This document shows positions 1-14,200 of a stretch of DNA of 64,000 nt, piece by piece. The notes below the pieces were generated by a model. It made no database searches, was not told the origin of the DNA, and worked only from the letters and a program-made list of their open reading frames with translations. The position numbers and the translations under genes are program-made. Positions within the stretch are counted from its first letter, which is position 1. Every line of letters begins with the position of its first letter. This DNA comes from Ascidiella aspersa (lineage: Eukaryota), in assembly GCA_963924565.1 (NCBI GenBank), contig OZ004609.1, positions 26,040,001-26,104,000 on the forward strand, read 5' to 3'.

Positions 1-14
1 GTACAAAGTTTTAC

Positions 15-3000
15 CAGAAAGCACTGAGTTTTATCCTTGATAGCAGCAAGGTAATTGGTGAGGCCAGTACATTCAGGAATATCCACCAGCCGGTCGGTGA
101 GATCTTTTTGTGCAAGTAATGGAGCTCGTTTTGGGTTGATACGTTTTACTGCAACTTCCTGACCCTCATCGGTTATGCTCAGAAAAACACTGCTGAAGTC
201 TGGCCTGGGTAAAGATAAAGCATTTTAACAATACTACCTTAAATAGAGAGCTGTGAAGAACGAAGTATGGTATGTGTGCTGACTGACATAAATAGGCTAA
301 ATTTCAGATTGTGACGAATTACATTCAAGTTCACCAAGACTGTTTTACAAAGTAATAATTATAATTCTAGCCAAATGAAAAGAAAAGAAAAATATGAAAG
401 ACAAAATATGAAAAGAAAAAAAATCAAGGTTAAAATTTTTAAACCAACCCTGTGCCGATAAGAAGGTGCTTCTGATTGTCACAAATGTAAACTGTGTGTT
501 CCTTATTTGAAGAGTCCAGCCACGTCAAACCTTTCAGGTCCTTTGTATCCATTTCGGACAAATCTTCAAAGCGGGGAGCCCAGCGAGGTGAAACGGGTAT
601 CCAAGGTATGTCACTATCCAAGTCACCAAAGCCATTGGTGGTGGAGTTGCAATTAATCATTTCTCCACCATTTAACGGGTTAGTCCTGTATGTCTCTGAG
701 AGCAAAGGCTCATCGGGACTGAGACAAGTTCGTTTCAAGTTACTCATGGTTGGACGCTTGTTGCCGTTGTGCTTCAGAGGTTGAGAATCCCTCTTGTTGG
801 TGTTCTCGTATGATACGAGTTGGTGCGAGAAGTGAACACTCTTGCGTGATCCCGAACCGATGCTGCAGTCCGATGAAGAAGAGCTCTGCCGTCGGCGACG
901 CGCTGTTACCACAGCGACATCATTCCAGCGGTTCTGAAGGGTGATGCGTTTCAATTCCTCGGCACACATTTCCTGAAAATCACAGAACTAATAAAGCAGG
1001 CTAACAACCATTATTTACTAGCACAGTGCTCTTCAACGGTGTGCACGGTGCACCCTAGGGTGCATCAAAATATGCATGGCGTGCAACAGTACGAAAAGGT
1101 ATAGGTGCATCACAAACTTTTAATAACTATTATTATTTGACATACAGGATAAAAAAAAATTGTTTGAATGCTGTTTTATGACATGCAGTAGTACTCGCAA
1201 GCAGCCTGCAGCCATAATCAAACTCTCATCTGTAAAACGTTGTCAGCTCCATTTGGTTTAATTGGCATGATGATATTAAAATGCATAGTGATTTTTTATA
1301 TCACATTTTACCACAGTTTACCTTTTAAGTAAACAGGGTGCACGAGTTCGTCACAACAACTTTAAGGGTTCACCAAACCAAAAAAAGGTTGAAGCATATA
1401 TTTTTCTCTTATCATTCAGAAAACTTGTTTAACATTGAATTCTCACTTGCTGTGGGGTGGTTTCTTTTTCTTCAGGCACCTTCTTGGTGTGCTGCGAAGG
1501 AGAGTGTTTTCTGTTGGCATGCTTTTTCTTGTTCTTTTTTCCTTTCGACCCTTGACTTTTTAATGATGCAGAGTGATCGTCGTGGCCGTTGGCAAGGTGT
1601 GAATCAACAGGTGCATGGCAAACAGAAGTTTTTGGGTCTAAGACTGGTTCCTCTTCATGTGCTTCATCTTGAATGTTTTTAACCAGGTCTTCTTCCAAGG
1701 TATCAGTACAATGTTCATCGCTGACGATAGCACTAACGGACTTGTTCCTTTTTCCCCTTGATTTCCTTTTGTGCTTTGGTTTTGCCGTGGCCAGTTCGGC
1801 ATCGTTAAGAAGCTCGTTCTCAAACTTGCGTCTTTCTTCTTCCATTGCTGACCTTTGTCCTCTTACAATCTGCAAACAAACAAACAAACATTCTATGTTT
1901 TAACATCAGGTTTGGAAATGTTTTTGAGTGCATACCGATTTCCACTGTGTGGGGTTGAAAATCTTGGGCTAAATATGTCATTTTTCAGCTTTTAATTCTG
2001 ACAATTAAAACCTTGTAAAAGTCGCACTATCACTAACGTTTAACATTGTAATAACCCAACGGTTCCTGTTTGATAGATTTTATTATTTAATTTAGCTTAA
2101 TTTAAAAAAAAAAAACAGATTGCGCATGAACTTTTAGTAATAAGTTTTCTTTGAGGTTTAAAAAAATGGAATACACTTGGGCATACATCCAATATGAACA
2201 CAAAGTTCAAAAACAAACCTTCAAACAACGTCTCATGTTTCTGTTTGACGAGTTTTTTACCAACAATGGTTGTCGCATGATTTCTTCAACTTCTTTGCAA
2301 AACAAAAGCTCACGGTTGGCTTTAAATCTGGAAATTTAAAACAAAATATTAGGAAATAATTTACTATAAGCCTTGGAAGCCACTACAGAATAAACCACCC
2401 TGACCTGTTGATTAAATCCAAATGTCCACATTGTATGGATCGGACCAAACATTCACCACTGAAAGGAACACCGAAATCCAGCAGCATATGTGCAAGTGAC
2501 AGATTATCATCTAAGCTCCTTTACAAAACACAGATTAAAAAATCAATGGTGTGTCAATTGCAACAAGTCATTAAAGTGAGATACGAGATTAGTGGGGATA
2601 GGATTTATTTACTTAATGTTTACTTGTAAATGTTTAGCTTAAATACAAAGACCTAAATGAAAAATGTTTATTGCAGAAATGGTTAATGTAAAACAAAAAT
2701 CTATTGTTTCTTACATTAAAAGAACTTTCTTTTCATAATCTGACGACACACTGCGTAGCAGAAATCTGTAAAAAACAAAACAAATGTCACACCTGTTACC
2801 AGTACCACAACTCGAGACATTACAAAATTTGGCAATAAAAAAATACCTAATTAGATGTTTACTTCAATTATTTCAGGCTTGAAAACTAGGCAAAGAAACC
2901 AACCCATTCAAGTCATTTGCAAAATAACTTTAGTCTGAGTCAAATTTTAATGTTTCTTAAATCAACAAATAACAATTTAGTACAGTATTTAGCAATTGAA

Positions 3001-5822
3001 CACATAAGTCAGCATAATGATAGCTTGATAGGTATTTTTCTGTTACCTTGCGACACATGCATCTTGTCCAGATCTTAACTGATGCTTCAGCAGAAAGAAG
3101 ATTATTTTCCAAGTATTATTTTTGTGTTCTGAATCTGTGGCCTTCATGTGGCTTCCAGTGTCTAAAAAAAACAGGCAAACAAACTATAAGCATTTTGTCA
3201 AAAGAAAAATGACCACCAGAGCAATACAAAATGGTTAAGATTTCTCAAAAATAAAAAAATTAAGTTTGAAAGCCCTACCTTCACAGGGGATTTCATATTC
3301 TAATAAACTCTTCAACAGACGACCGATTTTCCCCATATCATCAATGGTCATTGGCCTGAACTGTTCCATAAGATCTGACCTAAAAGGTATAATGGTATTG
3401 CGATATTTACTAATGGTGTTCTCGCAATATTCTGTGATTCAATCATTTAGCAGAAAATGGAAGACAAAACTGGTTCTGTTGCAAGATGATAACAAGAAAG
3501 AAGAATATAACATCCTTACATATATAAAATACCTTACAAATTAAGTTAAAAATTAAGACATGAGCTTACCGAACATTAAAGTTTCCAATTAGGATTTGGA
3601 GAATCCTCATCAAACCAACAGCAGACTGCAGAACCTCAGTCAGGGCCTTTTTTTGCAAACCTCCATGCTTCTGTTGCTGCTCTTCTGCTAACTGGCGCAA
3701 GAGCTCAGCCCAGTTGAAAAACTTTACCAGGCCATGGGCCGTCTGAGTTTAACATACAAGATGCTGTGTTTTAAAACAATAATTAACCAAAACGTTATAT
3801 TTTGCCATAATGCCTTAGGTTAGCACAGTGGTTCCCTAAACTGGAAGTCATAAAAGATTGTCTGGGGCGTCGCCCAGTAGTATTTATAAAACAAAACGTT
3901 GACCAGTAAAAAGGAACAATATAAACTGAAAATTTACCGAAAAGATAAAAAATAATCGCCAATCTGGCAACTGTGCTACTAACATTTGCTTAAATCAGTC
4001 ATGCTTATGACAGCACAATTACTCTTGTTTTCAATCGATAGCCAAAACAAAGCTTCGGCCTAATCGCCTTGGCAAAATTAAATACGAAGGGTGAACATTC
4101 GACCACTAAAGACTTATTTTATGACACTCAATTAAACATTTTAAACAACAATTGTATTTATAGTATGCTAAGGCTCTAGAGGGCTAAATAAATCAGGGGA
4201 CCATTAGGAATATTTTATGGTCAACAGTAATTTAAAATTCAGTTTTTAAATCAACTACTATTCCATTCTTAAAAATATATTTCATATGACTTTATATTGT
4301 CTTACATCCTTCTGTCGGAGTTTGCTTAAATCCAGTAATGTTTGTGCAGTCCTGATGAAGTCCTTGCTACGGGCAATGCTGTATGCCCGGCATAGGGCAT
4401 TGAGAAAGTTCTCTTCACAGAAAACAACAGCTATATGCTCTGGGCAATGAGTAGCATATACTCCAACAGTGTATACAGCCATAGGGTTGGCAAACACAGT
4501 CAGCTCACAGAAGAGCTATAAGATGAGATATAAAACAAAAACAGAACACAGTTTTTTTATTAAATTAAACATTTATGGTTAGGTGTTTTCCTTATGTTTA
4601 CCATTAAAACATACTTAAAATATGTGGTATATTTGTAAAGCTTTAAAAAAAACAGTTTTCAATGGAGGTCAGTATGAGATTTACGTACAGCTTCATAGAT
4701 CACACTTGGACTTGAGCTCTCAGCATTATAATCAGCCAGCACTTGAACTACAGATTTGTATGCTTGATTCTTAGGGTGATCAATATTGTGGGGATAAGCA
4801 TGGTGCAATGCTTGTGAAAAAACCTCCCAGTTCTTGAACAGAACTTTGTCCTGCAAGTTTATTTCCTGATGTTAAAATTAATAAATAACAAGGCCGTTTG
4901 ACGACAACTAATTATCATGTAGGAAATCAAAGTAGAAAAAAACATTAATAAGAAAACATTTTAAAAACAGTGTAGCTGTGTTAAAATGAGTACTATGTGT
5001 ATTTATGTTACGAAATCTTTTTAAAATTGAAAAATATAGGTAATTAGAAAAAAATATAAGAATAGGCTGATTGTTCAATGAAATTTTCATAAAACATTTG
5101 TACTTTTATATGATGGGGATGTTAGTGATTTAAAACAACAAGTGACAGTGGCAAAAAGCTTTTTCTTACCCCAGGTTTGGCTGTATAAACCAAGCTTGCC
5201 CCTGCTTCCAAAATACATTGGACAATTTTGGCATGGCCTTGCTGAGCAGCCAAAAATAAAGCACTCTCACCTTGCTAAAATTTAAACAATAGGTTTATGT
5301 AATTATTTGTTTTTGATTCTTAAGCCTTTCAAATGTGATCATGCGATCTGTTAATACTTTTTTAAATATTAACATGTTAAACACAAAAACCTATATATAA
5401 CAGTCATGCAACACAATCTTGCCGCTCAATCATATATTAGAAAAGTGTTTACTCTCAAATATAAAAACATACAGTATATACACTACAAAGTTATTTAAAT
5501 TTGTTCATTTATTTGATATAACAAACCTTGCAGCGATAGTTTATATTGGCAGACTTCAGCAAAAGTTTAACCACTTCTAAATGTCCTTCATAAGCGGCAA
5601 CACACAAAGCTGACATTTCCTGCAAATTTAAGGTTGATAAAGTGACTTAATGTTGTGCAAATTACCAATGTTGTACATAATTTAAATTATGCTCCAAGTT
5701 ACTTTTCCATCTTTAAGGTTTCCAGTAACGTTGATATCAATTCCACCTTCAATTAATTTTGTGATCTTAGATACATTTCCTCTCTGACATTCTTTAAAAA
5801 AATCTTGTTCAGAATCACACAT
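15..5822 (-). CDS. Ankyrin-repeat protein with IRE1/RNase L-like kinase domain (3' end lies outside the window)
   Basis: 14 GT-AG exons in consistent phase: 5822-5703, 5619-5527, 5274-5170, 4865-4689, 4515-4306, 3742-3570, 3379-3279, 3161-3047, 2765-2715, 2518-2405, 2327-2219, 1869-1447, 972-449, 204-15 (about 835 aa visible). N-terminal ankyrin repeats (SALCVAAYEGHLEVVKLLL; ESALFLAAQQGHAKIVQCILEAGA), helical middle, charged/basic linker, then WIPVSPRWAPRFEDL...IGTGPDFSSVFLSITDEGQEVAVKRI (kinase subdomains I-II resembling RNase L/IRE1-like kinases). Confidence 0.8.
1024..1395. mobile_element. Degenerate hAT/Charlie-like MITE (similar remnants at about 3826-4205 and 14660-14915)
   Basis: CAGTGCTCTTCAAC...GGTTGAAGCA terminal-repeat-like ends inside an intron. 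Confidence 0.45.
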
Positions 5823-8207
5823 GTTAAAAAAGTTTTGTCTTTTCTAAAATTAGAAACAAATAAATTTGAATAAAATAGTAACAATAACATGCAAACAATG
5901 AGAATATATATAACTTGAGATTATTTCTATTTATGGACAAAGGTGCATTTTGGTATCCTATGAGAAAAAAATTTCTTCACTCAGGTATTTGATATAATAT
6001 TGTTTAATATGCCCTAAGTGGAAGGTGTCAAACTGATATATAAGAATATGTTTGATATGGTCACAAATCCTGCCTTGATTGAATAACTTATAATCTTCTT
6101 TTATAATCTTCACACCAATGTATTACAAAGCTTTAAACTTGTAGGTTGGTCACTCTATAAATTACAACACCTAATATTTAAACACAGCAAAAATGTTAAG
6201 GGTGCCAACAAAACTGGATGGTTATCTTGGCAAATGTTTTGTATCAAAAAGCAAATTAGTCAGTGTTGTAATATTTTAATTTCGTAAATTGACTTTGGTG
6301 TTTGGTGCATCAAGTTTCATACTTTGTTTAAACATTGCACATGCGTTTTTTTAAAAATACCTTTAACTTTTCTCTCTTGCTTTATTTCTTAATATTGCAC
6401 ACATAAAAAAGACAGTTTGAAATGAAAAGGTTCAACAATTTTTTATAGTAGCAATAATTTGACTTGAACTTGGCATTGTCAATTGAAACTTGCCCAATTT
6501 GAACTCTGTATATTACTGGTAGCGTGATTGCATTCCACTGACTTGCCGCCGGAGATCTTTGGTGTGGAATGCTAGCCAAAATTATGCCAGTGACGTCATT
6601 TGGCGTGGAATAACAAGTGAATTTACAAAAACTAATTGTTGTGTTTCGCGTATAATTATTATATTGTCCTATTTTGGCGTAGGATTTTAACCGAAAAAAA
6701 TCTTGGCATAAATCTTTGGCGGCCACAAAATATAGAATGCAGTCAGGCTGGTTAGCAACATTAGATTTACTAATAACATGGTAAACTGCTAAGAAAATGA
6801 CCAATTAACTTGTTTAACACTATTCAAAGTCAAATGACTATACTGCTCAAGGTTTAAAGCCAATTTGTTGATGATCAGTGCATCCAAATCTATTTTGACA
6901 GGCCCAACATGGGCCCAAAACCAAATAGATAATGTATATACTTGTGTCTATGTTAAACAAAAAGATGCCCTTTTGAAAATTTGGTGCAACAAGTTAACCT
7001 AATGTTTTTTGGACGCACTAACAAATTCGATTTTCATTATTGACCAGAAGTTTATTTTGTCAAAACCTTAAAACAGCCACTTGTATTTCACAGATTATGC
7101 CTTTATTTAAACCATTTGCAAGTTTACTTTTCCACATTTATTTTGCATTCAGGTATTGGTGAAATTATATGATTGATTGGTTAAACAGGCCAGAATGTAA
7201 ACATTCAATAGAAAACGCCATGGTTGCCTTGCCGCAGCCAAAGCTAAACAATAAGCTTTTTAAACATTTAGATAAAAATGTGTATGAAATGATAGTGTTA
7301 AAATACTGTTTTCACTCGTTTTGTTTTATCGCCTAGTCTCAGCATGACTCGTAATGACTGTTAGCTAATATGAAGCTGTTGGTAAATTATGGACCACGTG
7401 TTGGTTGGCATAACCTAAAGGTTAAACCTACCTAAAGCTAATCCGTTAAAGAGTGCAATATAAAACAAAAACAATAAGACAACACTATTCCAATTGTATT
7501 TTTTGGTTTGAACACGCTTATCCGATTTTAGCACACCATGCAGCAGCAATTCGTGATTTACAGAAATGACTCGGCATATACTACTGTAAGTTCACGGTCT
7601 GGTAAAGCTATTTGAACGCCATTGCTTGTCGACTTCGGCATTTTATTCCAGAAAGATCGGTCGAGGTATTTCATACAACAAAGACAGCGATAAATGATTT
7701 GCGTCGTATTGAGCATACACTTACTCGTACCCTAATAATTATATTTATTAAACAACAAAAGTTCATATGCCTAATATAAATACGTTTACTCGAGAAAGTC
7801 AAATGTGGATTACAATTTTCTAACATTCGAAGTAGCCTAATAACCTTTTTTTCAAGTCAAAAACTCTAGAACAGTTACAACTTCCAATTCGATTTCGCAC
7901 CGGAAAAGGAACTCATCACGTTTAGGCAGGCTACAAGAAAATCAGCGTCATATTTAAATATCGACAGGCAATCGGACATGTCATGACGTGGTAAAACATG
8001 ATTTATACGAAGTCCTGCGTTAAAGAACAACGCGTGAAAGAATCTATGAGGTAAGAGTTATTCTAATAACAACCGACGACATTATAGCCAGCAATAAGCG
8101 GGTGACAAATTGGCGATATAATAAATACGCAAGATATTGATCGATTCAAGTTTATAAGGTAATTCTGTAATAATACACCTATTTTGTTTCATCCACTATC
8201 GACATAG

Positions 8208-11200
8208 TTATCCCCTGCTGCAACATAGATTGTACTTTTGACACATTTCCGTCTTTTGCTTAGTCACTGAAATATAAAAACGTTAATGGTTAGCTATAAT
8301 TATATACATTACAGCGTCAATCCTAGGAACAACCAAGCTATAGCATAAACTAAAAAGGGCTAGAAGGCTCGCGACATTCGATTCCCTTTTTAATTACGAC
8401 CAAGCAGCGATCAGGCCTTTATTCTTACCGTAAGAAGGAATTGCGGCTGCCGGGCACAGGTAGCGCACTTCGTAGTCCTCGCATATCTTGTCGGACTGTT
8501 CGTGGTTGGTGCAGCGGAATCCGGTGCGGGGACTTGACTTGGTGATTTCGCCGGTTTGCGATGCCGGCACATGACCGCGAACTGTTCGGGCCTCGATGCC
8601 GATGGGGCGGCTGCAACACAAATTCGGAGGTTAATACCAGTGACCAGTGTTGTACAAGTCGTTTTGAAACGACCTGATTAACAGCCGTGTCATTTGCGAT
8701 AAAGTCGTTTAAGTATTAGTGCAGTAGTGCACGACATTGTCGCAGCAAGTCAAGTAATTTTACTATTAACAGTTTGACAATCATTTTATTAGCAACTGTT
8801 TTACGTGTAAAACGGCCGAGAAAGCCTAAACGGAGCCGGAAATTTTCAAATGGAATAAAATTTCATTAAACGTCTGATAAAAATACTGTGTGCAGCTATC
8901 ATTTAAATAATTTAGTTTTCATCGCAAGCTAAGCTTAAGTCAACTTTTTAGCATACATACAGCTATAGATAGCTATTGTTAAGGATAACGAAAACTCAAC
9001 ATACTACGTATTTAGCTGTTATGGACCACTTGGGATTGCTGACGTTGGCCGGGTGATAGTAAGCTAAGTATTTATAGCATGCTAATGTAGCATTATTTAC
9101 CTGCAAATACCCCTGTTCCACCTTCGTGCCCTGTACAGATATTCCATGTCGCCGGTGACGTCAGCTGTGTCCGTGCTTATCCAAGCTGACCAGGTGGAGC
9201 CCTGTTGGGGGGCCTCGGTCGTGGTTGGAGGGGTGGTGACTACAGCTACTGGGGTATCTATCGAAAACGTTTAGTGTAACAAACTGGATATGCGAAAACA
9301 CCTTATTGTTAAATTGTTCAAATTATGTATGCTCAAAGGTTACACATATTAAATGGAGTGTAAATATAGAATGATAACCGAAAATCGAACTTAAGTACTA
9401 TCGCGGGCCGGATAACTCAAGGACTATAGCGATTGTAAATATATAATGATAACCGAAATCAATACCTTCTCCTTTTCTGCACAAGTATCGGACGCGGTAG
9501 TCTTGGCAATTTCCAGCAGTCTGATGGGCGCCGCGACACAGCAGTCCCATTTGGGCGCTGAACTCGGCAAACACGTCGCCAGTTTCTCTTGCTGGAACCT
9601 ATAGAAAAACAATAATCAAATGTAAGGAAGGTAATACTATTTGTAAATTTGAAACGCCTGGTATGTTTGATGCAAGCACAATAGCAGTGTTCTTGTTTCA
9701 AACGATATGACTTACTCCTTGGACGGTTTGGGCTTGAATTGCAATTGGTTTAAAACAAGTTTCAGTTGCCGAAACCCTCAGTTCGTCGTCGTCCTTTCTA
9801 CTGCGGGATGGCGTCGATTTGTCGGACCACCGAGTCCAGAAAACTACGAATAATAGTTGCCCAACGTTTATTTACAGACTCATGGCGTTGATAATGGATA
9901 CCCTTATAGGTTTGGTCCGCGTTAAATAAAATAAAGTAAAATATGACTTACACATTGGAAAAGTACGTTTCGAAAAATGTTCTAACAAATTGCATATTAT
10001 GTTAAGTGCTATTATACAAAGGATATAAAACAAAAAAATAAAGTATCATTGCATTTATCTTGTCTGCGTTATATACATTTCAAAGGGGTTAAAAATATCT
10101 GCGTTAGCCTATATACAGTGCAAAAAGGCAAAATAAATAAAAATGCTGCCAGTGTGGTCTTCTTTATGAGTTCTTCGCCCCCCTGTTTACATTTTATGCC
10201 CCTAGGGCAACGTGGCGGTATAATTTTGGGGCCATTTTACACAACGGATAAATAACGTTTTTGTTTGTTTTTTTACGTGCAAATATTCCTCAGTTCACCA
10301 ACCTTCTTCAGATTCGATGCGCGGGAAATCGGAGATCCTTATAAGACCAGGTGGGCACTGGTAGCGAACTTGCACCCTGTCGTTTACCAATCGTTCCTCG
10401 GTGTCAAGCACCTGGTTGCACACCTCGTCCGGACGGTGACGCAGCAGATGATTCAGCGTTTCCGCGGCAGTCAGCTTAACAGCGCCCCTGGTGGAAGTTG
10501 GAAACCAGGCAGTCCACTGAGAATCTGCGAGCGGAATAATATTGGTTTATACTCGGTGAATTAAACCCAATCATCAATTTGTCATAATAATTTTACTCCT
10601 AGTTAAACTACTATTTAATTGTACTTATAAATAACAAGGACGCTAATAAATTTAAACAGTCATCAGATATCAATTGAAAAAAATGAAACGGTTGATTTAA
10701 AAAAAATCATTCTGCAGGATTGAAACTTACTGCCCCTGAATAAACTCCTTATAACCGTTGTAATCAGCATAGTTAAAAAAGGATGTTCTTATAAAATGTG
10801 AATAAATAGTTCTGTGGTACAAAAAGATTAGCGTTATGTATCGATGTGAATCGAAATGACGACGGCGAATAGTAACTTTACAACATATAGCCAAGAAAAC
10901 TTTTAAAGTTCTTATTGTTTTGGCTTTATTAAAATAGTTGAAAACTCAACTTTATGCTTTAAATACTCAAACCGGGAGATTTCGCTATTTGTCGAACAAG
11001 TAAAAAACGTCATCCCTTTATACCTTTCTCCTCGTTCTCCCTGCCGTCCGCATGGTAGCGCACGGGAGCGCCGTCGCGCCAAGCCTCCAAGTCGAGCGTG
11101 GGAAAGTCGGAGCAGGACTTCCGGGGATTGTCGCTCGAAACGATCTGCATCGGATTGGCTTGCACGCTCAGCATGTCCGGCGCAATGTCGCACAGGATTC

Positions 11201-14200
11201 TCGAATAACTGGTCGCCCGGATGCTGGCCAGCTGGTCTGTTTCGAACACGAAGTGAAATATGGGTCAGTCAGTCGCTATAGTCGTGACAAGTGGGTTTTG
11301 TAAACATGAATGATAAATCGCGTCGACAGAGCGCGGAGTTTAGACAGGACAGGCAAATGAGCAAATCAATTTGAAAAGCCGCGGGTTTAAAATGACTTGA
11401 GTCGCTTACAAACCTTTTTACAAAATTACTTGATAAAGTCCAGTCAAGTCACGAACTCTAGGTAGGCTACACTAAACCAATAAATTACAACTCAAATTTC
11501 CGGTTATTTTTCACAGGGTCGCCGCCAAGGCCAGCCTCGAGCCGTCGACGAAGGACATTTAAAAACACAGGTCAAAAACTCTATTTTACTAACTTTTTAG
11601 CGTAATTGCAACTTAAATTGCTCCTCGAAGCTAACTAGGCAAAAAGCAAAAATGTTGACTCCCAAGTCATGCCCTCAAAGAAAGTCAATTCATTTATTAA
11701 ATAATTTAGGGCACAGGGAATTTCCCAGTTTATTGTACCACTATATTTACCAGTGTTCTATAAAGTACCTTCGGTAAAATACTGGAAAACACCGCCGTTC
11801 TCGTGCCAGAATCGATCGCCCTTCCTGATGTCCCTGAACTGGTATCCGATGATGCAGGCGAAGGTGGGGCCGATCACGCCTCCTTCTACCGCCGTCTCCG
11901 ATATCGCGGCGATAAACAGGTCAATGTCGTCGACGTTGCTGCGAAAAAGCAGAGGGGGTTAACTTTGTAGATCAGACTTGTCAACATCTTTGGGCTATTT
12001 TAGATTGTTCTGCATAAAACCGAAAAGTACTTTTATTATGAGTTTTACGATCTCCGCCTATTCAAACACTAAGGGTTTGTCTATACGCATAATTCCTTAA
12101 ACCCAAATTATGAAGGCCATGCGTGAAGTAATGTTATGGCACGATTGTAGCACCATCTCATGTTGCAATACGCAACACACTGCTAGCTTTAACACTTTTT
12201 TATTTCCCTCCATAAAAAAACATAGCCATCATGTTATTGTCATTTACATTAAACCAATCGTTTGTAGAAAAACATGTACAATAAGTTTTTTTCAATCCAC
12301 AACATATAAACGCCAAAATTATAAAGAATTAGTTTGATTTGTATTATGAGTGATTTCACTAAATCAGTAAACTGCTCATGTTTAGTATTGAGTGTAATAT
12401 TTTTCTTACCGATTAACTGAGTCTGCTAGCTTGCCTTAAGCATGCAGTACACGTTTTTATGACGTTGTTCCGGACAAAAAAGTGAAAAATTCATACCCGT
12501 AAAGTCTGCGAAGCTTTTCCCGGTATTCTGGTTCGATCTCATCCAAGTCGCTGAAGCTTCGCGCCTTTTTCAGTCCGCAGAATTCTCTCCATTCGTTGTA
12601 GGACGGAATGCCGTGGTCGCGACCTCGCTGTATGTTGATCGCCATCAGGTCCAAGCCATATTGCCCTTCGGGATAATTGATGGTTAAATGTCGACTGCAG
12701 CTAATATCTCTCTTATTCCGTGCGCTACGTTTTCAATCCATGGCAATGTGGCTTCCTTATGCAAATTTTGCCTGAATGTCACATGCCTAACATTCGATTT
12801 AAATTCTTTATGAAAATTGCCATCGGCGAAAACTAACTCTGAAGTTTGATACAAGGGAAAGTTTACCATTCCTACTATACTACTATATTGGGAAAACAAT
12901 GGCGCTGTATATTTAATACCAGGCTCAGCGAAGAGAAAGTTTCCCAAGTCTTCAACAAAGGTTGAATCGACGTGCATGGCCGGATCCTTGGTGAATCCAC
13001 GGGCGATCGCGTTCATTCCACCACCAGTCTCGTTCAGGAACGGTTCGGTGTTGAAGAAACTATAAAGAAACACGATAATTTTTGTAATGGAATTGCGCCA
13101 GGTTTCTGAAAAGAGTGTTGTTTTTTAAATTAAATTAAACAACGATTATAGTATGTTAATATGATGGTCAATGTGGCGCAAATATAGATATATTTAGTTA
13201 CCAATCACGGAAAACAACTCTTGTTATAACAATATCACCGAATCGGTAGACCACAAGTGATTATTTTTTTCTATGTACGAGTCTGGTTTTAATTGGCATA
13301 TGCCAATTAAACTAAGCATATGCCAATTTAAACTAAAAATAACACATTCAATCATGAATTATGCCTCATGACAAATCAATATGAATAACCTATACACAAC
13401 TTTGACCGAAGGTATTGATAGAAAAGTTTTGCGTGTATAGACCTTGTATGTATGGTTTGTAAATTAAATGAATTTAACTATAGGCCTACTCCATTAACGA
13501 TAACCGAGGTTTCGTCGTAGTTTTGTATTTTGTGGAGCAGGTGTGGGCAGCATTTTCTATAGGGACTTTACGCATCTTATTCTAACCGCAACGTCAGTTA
13601 ATCAGGGATAAAACTAGGATATTTTGCGATTTACACTCAATGGAGGATCAAGATTAACGCAAAGCGCAAAAAAATATTTGCTTTTTCGTAGTTGAATCAG
13701 CCAAAAAATATAAAGAATGGCCTCGTGTCCAGTTTGTAAAATAGGTCGCTGGCCGGATTATTTGCGTTGGCGGGCCGAATTTGTCCTGCGGGCCGTAAGT
13801 TGCCACACCCCTGTTATAAAGATTGCGTTAGATCCACGGCTCAACCGAAAACGACATTTCAATGATCGCGATAACTCAAAACGCGCAAACATGTCCAACA
13901 AAGTTGGGTATTCGCCGCCGAATTTTTCTTAAACACGTAAAATGCAAAAAAATACCTTTCGCGAAGTGTCATAGGCCTTCCTTGTTCTTCATTCCAGCTC
14001 GGCTTGGGCCTAGTAAGCCGGTGCGTGATCATGCTGTGGCCGAAGCGGAAAGCGGCAGTCGCGAAAACGTTGGCCGTCGTTCCGTCGTAAGTCGCGTCGT
14101 AACCGTACCACAGGCCCTGCGTAAAGTAAACTGCCTTTGAGTATTTATGTTTTAAAACTACTATTATAGGTACCTACACCTGTCTTCTGTAACGAGATTT

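Noticed and set aside
6382-6804. 140-aa ORF between the kinase and peroxidase A
   Set aside because: AT-rich composition with no motifs. Probably chance or a repeat remnant.
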